Source: a virus (taxonomy: Duplodnaviria; Caudoviricetes). Taken from it: 64,000 nt of DNA. The position numbers and the translations under genes are program-made. Positions 58,601-64,000 of the stretch are shown here, piece by piece (position 1 is the first letter of the stretch; every line of letters starts with the position of its first letter). Below the pieces are notes generated by a model that worked only from the letters and a program-made list of their open reading frames with translations, searched no databases and was not told where the DNA came from. The stretch spans positions 32,001 to 96,000 of IMG/VR virus record IMGVR_UViG_3300030376_007544, one strand, 5' to 3'.

Positions 58601-58961
58601 CTGTAGCGTATGTATCACCAGTCCCACTGTTTGTGCTATTGAACTCCATGTCTAGCGTAACATCAGCATCTCCCTTTCCTTGAAAGTAGAAAAGGGAAGC
58701 CATGTAACGTTGAGAACTTTCAATGGGTATCCAATCAGATTTAATAGTAATATCGTTAGTTCCGTTAGAAATCCAAGCCATTATACGACCTGGAAAGTCG
58801 TTAGTATTTGGATTGTATTTATTATAAAACCAAGTATCGTCTACTCGAACTATAGCACCAGTTGGAGAAGAAACTAATTCCCAACCAGAAAGATTCGTTC
58901 CGCCCTCAGCACCAAAATTAGCTTGATTTGCAGAAAAAAGATTAACATCTCGAACTGACAC
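55659..58961 (-). CDS. baseplate wedge/tail protein with C-terminal LamG-like domain
   Basis: LP.F...D, DPDTA..YLAWLA (P2 gpI-like); WH.V...L.ING...LSDAEI. Confidence 0.7.
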   Translation of the reverse strand: MSVRDVNLFSANQANFGAEGGTNLSGWELVSSPTGAIVRVDDTWFYNKYNPNTNDFPGRIMAWISNGTNDITIKSDWIPIESSQRYMASLFYFQGKGDADVTLDMEFNSTNSGTGDTYATDSSLSAPTTITFATETTVSRLFKDFTARASDKYVRMVFKISGGSGGNLASEDGGFFYDPVICEDSLNKIGRISHRAYTGLPAFMRLDDEKIHNILGQDQLNLPLRRYLESLASYADKIADEAAQFDYTRPEEGTEIKSKLTDPDTAAASYLAWLASVTATTLLVSSSGFTPWSAIESYDGGDAGSDPGEWTDIESFSDWLALQAADPDFFDTVQSFRDQIRTGFTGIHAGRPDTVEAFVRTMLASATPSTDAVNVNNNDKENPFLVEVLVDPDSDPDASGSLVVDAVNHGLSAGAFATKVGQVIDSGNGTYSFTDVFYPATVSNSGGGGVVTYGPSLIADKDGFARNILLNSSVSVPLTEVGGGVGYAHHSTGSEYYFGKKTATTFGSLTTASTTYADIGGNTAGFDLVAILTDVTAPTASVDSAGSGGNTPSDWLYREKRLIACGVDSDSQGDNDWALYLVSGATAAIDNDTRMLLVEGYNAVGATNYAASDPIDFSTVGNKGDIVLRVKRGAVSGTASVTFYAQSSLYDDWEGNKIGTATITPASSSAGNAHARLQVLGKLDASDNWADANPLSCGVKRFMIFKTPLTFTGDSDTSTNNHAYIDGDATKTYGKFTYSPSVDVDLSGVSVYSTSFNASLPDSATSTVTVDVDGAAAGDKDFDVLAMRRIGGTTDTWYFGHAASGGDTLTINGLSNSTAYDVVTRVVNTTTGGATNKVNSVTTNGSGVLTLTPATVYEASTSNTFSGLTLNQITIQANGTGPSGTNLAKFLPTTIGTGATTGADSVDASHTWTLTRNFPASSVAYAPSQLINKESIHAYEGTLTMYNPPELEAYHPFSVAMQVRRFWTASAGTDYTIFKLLNAANQGLHIYYDGPAIKATFTDGTDTETVTWTESPTYGSWHEVVVRRDPTIGFSLVINGTEQSTVAAAITKTFSSATSLASFGEGAAGAWNARFGLAQFAYFNRRLSDAEITLMNSQIT

Positions 58962-58976
58962 GTTACGCTCCTAATC

Positions 58977-60581
58977 CTACGACACTGTGATAGTTAGAGT
59001 TCCAGCAGTAACTAAAGTTCCTAAATTGGGTAAAACAATATCTGTGCTCACAGCCCCAGAACCACTTAAGGCAACAAACTGATTGGCGCTAGAACTTCCT
59101 CCAGTTATCGCACTTGTTGAAGCAAACGTGACGTTTGCGTGGGTGGAACCAGCCCAATCTCCGGCAACAGGCGTCCATGCTGTTGTACTTGCTGGAATGT
59201 TTCCACCGTTGTTGGCGTCATTGTAAGCTATTCCATTATCAACAGCCGTGTATGTTACGCCAGTTTTAGCCCCACCACTCAGTGTAAATGCCTCATTAGA
59301 GAATTGATACACAGTTGGGACTGCGGTTGAACTTGAAGAGTCAACATAGTAAATTGAAGCTTCCCCAGCAGCATAACTGCCAGAACTTGCAGCATTAGCA
59401 ACATTTACAGTAAAACTTGAGTTTGATCCAGTTGTTGATAAGTATCCAACATTGCTTGTTCCTACTAGTGGGGTTCCGTCCATTGTTAACGTGTCTACAT
59501 AGTCAACCCCAGAAACAGAGTCAATAACAGATATTATTTCATTTCTTCTAACATACTGCTGTGACCAATCCCAAGTATTAGCATTTAAGTATGCTTTCAA
59601 TGCTGTTTCAATGTTTGTTTTAACTGTTGACGCAGTTTCACCTGATTTCATAACAACAGAAGATGTTATATTAATTGACGCCAGTTCTGCTGACATAACA
59701 TCAACCGACAAGCCACTAGGAACCCTAGCGGATAGCGAAGTGTAAAGATCAGATAGATTTGAATTTGCAACAGGTAGTTCGAGCGCTGCAGATGCAGGCG
59801 TGTTTATAGTGCCAGCCACGGCAACTAAAACGCTACCATCGTGGGTGGAGTAGGAGGTTGCTAAAGTGTTTCGATCTCGATATCTCCTGCGATTGAAAAC
59901 TTCAACCCTATTTGCATACGATTTGTTAGCAGAAATATAATACTTTATCTGAGATGTGCTTGTTGAAGCAGATGTGTAACTTGCTAAAAGGTTAATGGCT
60001 CTAGCAAAATACCTTTCATCTGATTCAGCGTCTGTACCACCAGAAGGACTTATGCTGAAGGTAGCAGAAGAGAAAAAAGACGAAGGAGTAAGAAGCGACA
60101 AACTTGCTGTGTCGGCTGAAATATTATAAGTCGATCCCACCGCTTGTGCGCTAACAGTTGCTGTTCCAGACAATGAGCCGTCAAGACTAAAGGCTGAATC
60201 TAAAACAAATACATACGAAGTGCTAGTCGCCGTGTCTGTGTACAAAAATCTTGTACCAGCAGGAAGTGACCTAGCCACCGTATCGGAGTCAGCAAATGTA
60301 ATTGTTAAGGTTGCAGTCGCTTTAGTACCACTGCTCCTTGTAAGGCCAAAAAGTTGTAAAAGCACTTCAGCAGTTGCTGAAGGAAGCCTGTTTATTCCAC
60401 CAGCCAACTCTGATGATCTTGTAGCAAAGGATTCTGCCAGTGCAACCTCAATCTGACCAACTTCTGGCATCCAATTTGGTAACAAACCTCTAGCAGAAGT
60501 AAGAATGCTGTTTAGTACGGTAACTGGATTATCATCAAAAACTGTTAAGTCTACATATTTTGAAACATCAGGAGAAGACAT
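58977..60581 (-). CDS. baseplate J-like protein
   Basis: GTxF, AxxVGxxYN, GGTDAESDE, VSGVDYV. Confidence 0.85.
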   Translation of the reverse strand: MSSPDVSKYVDLTVFDDNPVTVLNSILTSARGLLPNWMPEVGQIEVALAESFATRSSELAGGINRLPSATAEVLLQLFGLTRSSGTKATATLTITFADSDTVARSLPAGTRFLYTDTATSTSYVFVLDSAFSLDGSLSGTATVSAQAVGSTYNISADTASLSLLTPSSFFSSATFSISPSGGTDAESDERYFARAINLLASYTSASTSTSQIKYYISANKSYANRVEVFNRRRYRDRNTLATSYSTHDGSVLVAVAGTINTPASAALELPVANSNLSDLYTSLSARVPSGLSVDVMSAELASINITSSVVMKSGETASTVKTNIETALKAYLNANTWDWSQQYVRRNEIISVIDSVSGVDYVDTLTMDGTPLVGTSNVGYLSTTGSNSSFTVNVANAASSGSYAAGEASIYYVDSSSSTAVPTVYQFSNEAFTLSGGAKTGVTYTAVDNGIAYNDANNGGNIPASTTAWTPVAGDWAGSTHANVTFASTSAITGGSSSANQFVALSGSGAVSTDIVLPNLGTLVTAGTLTITVS

Positions 60582-60588
60582 TATACCC

Positions 60589-60906
60589 TCACTTAAAATT
60601 AATCTCTACATTGGTTAATGCGCCTTCTGACTGCACAAGCCCAATTTCCACAATATCGATATTATCCGTAGTGTAAAAGTCACTAAATGAATCGTAAAAC
60701 TGACCAGAGTCAAAAGTATTAAAAGTTGGCTCTTCAATGCCAAAATTTGGAAATATACTACGTTCGGTAGTTTCTGTTCGAACAAAAGCTTTAACTTGTT
60801 GTGCTTTGTACGTGTCTGTACCAGTCAGCACCACATCTGCTCTTCTATTGTTGTTGCTCATCCTAAATGGATATGAAAGAACATACTCAGCCATTAGATT
60901 CTCCAA
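60589..60906 (-). CDS. baseplate wedge subunit (gp25/W-like)
   Basis: LSYPFR...T..TER...PNFG, directly upstream of baseplate J. Confidence 0.7.
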   Translation of the reverse strand: MENLMAEYVLSYPFRMSNNNRRADVVLTGTDTYKAQQVKAFVRTETTERSIFPNFGIEEPTFNTFDSGQFYDSFSDFYTTDNIDIVEIGLVQSEGALTNVEINFK

Positions 60907-60956
60907 AAAATACCTACATATACATTCTACCTAAATTTCAGGGGGTACTACCACTA

Positions 60957-61295
60957 CTAGGAAGTTTCATCTGTTATAGATTTATACCATTCATTAAAAT
61001 TTGGGTCATCTACAGGTATTACCTTAAGATCAACTAAGTCAACTTCCCATTTACTTCCAGACATTGCCCATGCAATTTCCAGTGAGGGTTGGGCAGGTGC
61101 AACTCCTGTGTTTACCTCTAATCCATAGGTGTTTACAAAATAATTAACTACACAGGACTGTATGCCTTCATGGTAACATGGGGCATCTTCTGATGCTCCA
61201 TATGGGCAAATGTTTGGAGTTACGTCTATTTCTGTGTTATTAACGTTGATAAGTATCCGATGCCCATCAACATTCCAAGAAAGTTCTTTAATCAT
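60957..61295 (-). CDS. hypothetical protein
   Basis: Operon ORF. Confidence 0.65.
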   Translation of the reverse strand: MIKELSWNVDGHRILINVNNTEIDVTPNICPYGASEDAPCYHEGIQSCVVNYFVNTYGLEVNTGVAPAQPSLEIAWAMSGSKWEVDLVDLKVIPVDDPNFNEWYKSITDETS

Positions 61296-61486
61296 TTTTT
61301 CTTAGTGGGCGTGGTTTCTTCCTCATCGGCTGGAGGGTTAGAAAGTTCTTCAATCTGGGCAGAAAGCGTTGCGACAACTTGCTCGGCAACAAAAAGTTTT
61401 GCTTTTAGGTATATTATTTCTTTTTGTAACTCAACTGCATGTGTCCAAGTCGTATCTGCAATTAGCCCATCGTCTGCTTCAAACAT
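61292..61486 (-). CDS. small coiled-coil protein
   Basis: Coupled ORF. Confidence 0.6.
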   Translation of the reverse strand: MFEADDGLIADTTWTHAVELQKEIIYLKAKLFVAEQVVATLSAQIEELSNPPADEEETTPTKKK

Positions 61487-61830
61487 TATCGTGTAACCTC
61501 TAAATCTAGGTAAAAGTTTCCTTCAACTACTCTTTCAACTGTTCCATCAGAAGCAATTATTTCCAAATCGTACACGCCACTCTCTGCTAGCGATGCAGTA
61601 TCTGAGGCGGAAATCGACAAAGCAATCTCCCCACTACTGTTCAAGGAAATACGCCCATTAGTAGTAGTAAGCTCAATAAGTGTGCTTGAAGACGAAACTA
61701 AGCGTCTTACCTGCATGCGTGCAGTATAACCGCTTAAGTTCCTAGCATTGCCACTACTGTCTTTAACTGTTAAAGTTCTGCTAAATGTAGCGCCTTGTTC
61801 ACAAGTAATATCGTATGCTCCGGCAGACAT
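61486..61830 (-). CDS. tail/baseplate adaptor-like protein
   Basis: EQGATF...LSGYTARMQVR...GVYDLE. Confidence 0.75.
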   Translation of the reverse strand: MSAGAYDITCEQGATFSRTLTVKDSSGNARNLSGYTARMQVRRLVSSSSTLIELTTTNGRISLNSSGEIALSISASDTASLAESGVYDLEIIASDGTVERVVEGNFYLDLEVTR

Positions 61831-61864
61831 AACTAAACCTCCTTGGTAGTTATATTATACCTAA

Positions 61865-62068
61865 TTACTTACTACTTTTGGACTCTTTCGCAGGGGCTTC
61901 TTCAACTGGCTCTGGAGCATTTGCTAGGGCTTGCGCCTCAGTAATAGCTTGATTTAGAGCCGCCCGAAGAGTGGCGTTTTCCGCTGTAAGTGTTTTAATT
62001 TGCTCAAGCAAATTCTCCATCACGGCATTAGGGTCAATATTAATTGAGTTATTTGATGTATCAGTCAT
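61865..62068 (-). CDS. small coiled-coil protein
   Basis: Heptad pattern. Confidence 0.6.
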   Translation of the reverse strand: MTDTSNNSINIDPNAVMENLLEQIKTLTAENATLRAALNQAITEAQALANAPEPVEEAPAKESKSSK

Positions 62069-62174
62069 AATACCTATACTACTAAATATTTATATGGTTG
62101 TCAACTATAACATTGCTCCAGCACCGATGCACCAGAGAATTCCCCCTATTAGTAGGAGCCACCCAAGTCCCATA

Positions 62175-62408
62175 CTACCTACGTCTCATTTCAGTATTCA
62201 AGTAACGAAGGTTGTCGCTTGTGTCAGTTTTAAACAAAAATGGAAATATGGCATGAATAATACCTAAACATGCTGTCCAGATCAACAAAACTGCGGTGCT
62301 AATAGCAAAAGCAAAATGTTGCAAATAGGTCATATTATTTGACTTCGGGTGATTTATGAATGCCCCCTGAAGTTTCTTCAGCATTCTTTCCCCTTTCAAC
62401 TTCTTCAA
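62175..62408 (-). CDS. DUF6356-like small membrane protein
   Basis: HP....TY.QH..FA...IHAIFPFLF...S; true start probably MLKK. Confidence 0.65.
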   Translation of the reverse strand: MKKLKGERMLKKLQGAFINHPKSNNMTYLQHFAFAISTAVLLIWTACLGIIHAIFPFLFKTDTSDNLRYLNTEMRRR

Positions 62409-62506
62409 CTTTCTTTGGTTTTTTCAGAGCTTTTCTAATTATCTCAGCATATGGTGGTTTTTCACCATACGACTCAATTGGTACAGAATCCCACATATCT
62501 GGCATT

Positions 62507-62893
62507 TTATGCTTCCTTTGTTTTAACCTCTGTAAAAGATGCAAGATCTTTTTCTAGGTTGTCCAAAGATCTAGCACCAACTAAGCGTTCTTGTTCTTTA
62601 CCATCAACAAAAACTAACATTGTTGGTATGTTTACGATATCAAAGCGCTCTTGTAGGAGTGGTGCTTTATCAACTTCAACTTTAATAACCTGAACTTCAT
62701 CAGCATATTTAGCGGCAAAGTCATCAAGAATGGGGGCCTGCATGTCACATGGACCACACCACGATGCCCAAAAGTCCACTACAACTGGTTTCGATGCTGT
62801 TGTGATTAGTTGATCGAAATGCTTTTCCTCAACTGGCAACGCAAAGCCTTCGGCAAGGACTACTCTTTTTACTGTGTTTTGTTTACGAGTCAT
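62507..62893 (-). CDS. trxA: thioredoxin
   Basis: DFWASWCGPC and IPT motifs. Confidence 0.92.
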   Translation of the reverse strand: MTRKQNTVKRVVLAEGFALPVEEKHFDQLITTASKPVVVDFWASWCGPCDMQAPILDDFAAKYADEVQVIKVEVDKAPLLQERFDIVNIPTMLVFVDGKEQERLVGARSLDNLEKDLASFTEVKTKEA

Positions 62894-63013
62894 GTATCTA
62901 TGATACCATCATAAATACACTAAATCAATTACTCTTCCCAGCAACAACATCCACAGTTGCAGTCTTGGGTACACACACAAGCTTCACACTCACATTCTTT
63001 CATTAAGCCCCCT

Positions 63014-63691
63014 CTATGTTTCTTGTTCTATAAAAGTTGTAATAATTGTTTTATGACCACTCAAAGGAATTTCTCCTCTATGCGGATACAGCCAATGGAC
63101 AGGGAAAATTAAAACTCTTCCAGCCTTCGGTTCAACACTTAACCCATGCTTAGTGAACGTTGTTTCGCCACCAACTTCTACATCATTCAAATACAAAAGA
63201 ACCGCTAAAAAACGATCCTTTGTTGAATTAAAAGGCCCGCCATCTACATGCTCTGCATAAAAACCGTGACCTTCTTCATAGCGTTGAACTTGGAATCCTG
63301 TATCACGCAGAGGCCATGCCAACTGAGCCAAACCGTCATATTTACTGACATAGTAGTTAAGCGCTTTGCTAATACTTTTGTGAAGTTCATCCTCGAACCA
63401 TCCCAAACTGTATAAACCTTCGCCCATTTCTGAAGATAATGCCATATCTGAAGAATTTTTTATTCTGGTATCAACTCCTAGCATGGATTTACCTTCTGAC
63501 AAAACATTGGAATCCCACAAGACATCCCAATGCTCAGTCAATGTAGCATCAACTTTGCCGCAAATATCAGGATCAACGAACCCATCGCAAACACCTACGC
63601 CTGCCCACTTGCCTAGCGGGAAATCTATATTCATGAGCCTGTAGGCATGAAGCCTATTAATGATGTTTTTTGTATTAAAGGAAGAAGCCAT
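63014..63691 (-). CDS. 2OG-Fe(II) oxygenase (prolyl-4-hydroxylase-like)
   Basis: HVD...YLNDV..GGET.F...H...K. Confidence 0.9.
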   Translation of the reverse strand: MASSFNTKNIINRLHAYRLMNIDFPLGKWAGVGVCDGFVDPDICGKVDATLTEHWDVLWDSNVLSEGKSMLGVDTRIKNSSDMALSSEMGEGLYSLGWFEDELHKSISKALNYYVSKYDGLAQLAWPLRDTGFQVQRYEEGHGFYAEHVDGGPFNSTKDRFLAVLLYLNDVEVGGETTFTKHGLSVEPKAGRVLIFPVHWLYPHRGEIPLSGHKTIITTFIEQET

Positions 63692-63909
63692 TCTTCAACT
63701 ATAGTCCCAGAAATATCAGGAGGATCATCTGCTACCTGAGCGTCAGTTTTACCTTCCAAATACTTCTGAACTTTATTAGCAGGAACGTTTGTCCAAATCC
63801 ATTCTCTAACATCGTCTGGCATTTCTAAACGTGTAAGCATGTTTTTACAAACATCAACCATAGGTTCAGTGGAATCAAAGTCAGAACCTGCAACTTCCCA
63901 TTCCATCAT
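63631..63909 (-). CDS. hypothetical protein
   Basis: Operon ORF. Confidence 0.5.
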   Translation of the reverse strand: MMEWEVAGSDFDSTEPMVDVCKNMLTRLEMPDDVREWIWTNVPANKVQKYLEGKTDAQVADDPPDISGTIVEEWLLPLIQKTSLIGFMPTGS

Positions 63910-64000
63910 TAAGCGTAAGAGTTCCTGTATCGTTCTTGTTCCAGCAGAATGACGACCAGCAACTACTCTATTTTCTGCTTCGGTATCAGACGACTCAATA

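Noticed and set aside
45676-60581. + strand ORFs opposite the structural genes
   Set aside because: Antisense shadows of codon-biased Gly/Thr/Ala-rich genes

Overview
A 64-kb segment of a large tailed dsDNA phage; baseplate-J and wedge genes suggest a contractile tail. The host is most likely an Actinobacterium: the window carries WhiB, a SigA-like sigma factor, tRNA-Glu(CTC), many leaderless transcripts, and Gram-positive-type LexA and Rex boxes. (1) 1-7.7 kb, + strand: nucleotide and DNA-modification genes (thyX, tRNA-Glu, HDAC-family deacetylase, ABC-ATPase/GNAT fusion, three methyltransferases, HARP/SNF2 helicase). (2) About 7.8-35.8 kb: a low-coding-density, early-type region of small genes, each with its own sigma70-type promoter and terminator. 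From 7.8 to 22.6 kb the spacers follow a repeated grammar: stacked operator-like palindromes (LexA-, Rex-, DtxR/MntR- and Fur-like), a 19-bp GTCCCG-N7-CGGGRC palindrome (about 20 copies), a one-strand CTACGGTCA motif every ~1 kb, ORF-less promoters, CCTGG tags after terminators, and at least four families of conserved RNA hairpins. (3) 35.8-64 kb, - strand: WhiB, IscA, Hsp20, sigma, DNA polymerase A, exonuclease, nuclease, transglycosylase, tail fibres, baseplate, thioredoxin and a 2OG-Fe(II) oxygenase. The best candidate for an undescribed system is block 2, read as a non-coding DNA/RNA decoy lattice aimed at host regulators. All coordinates and counts were read by eye; no database searches were run.
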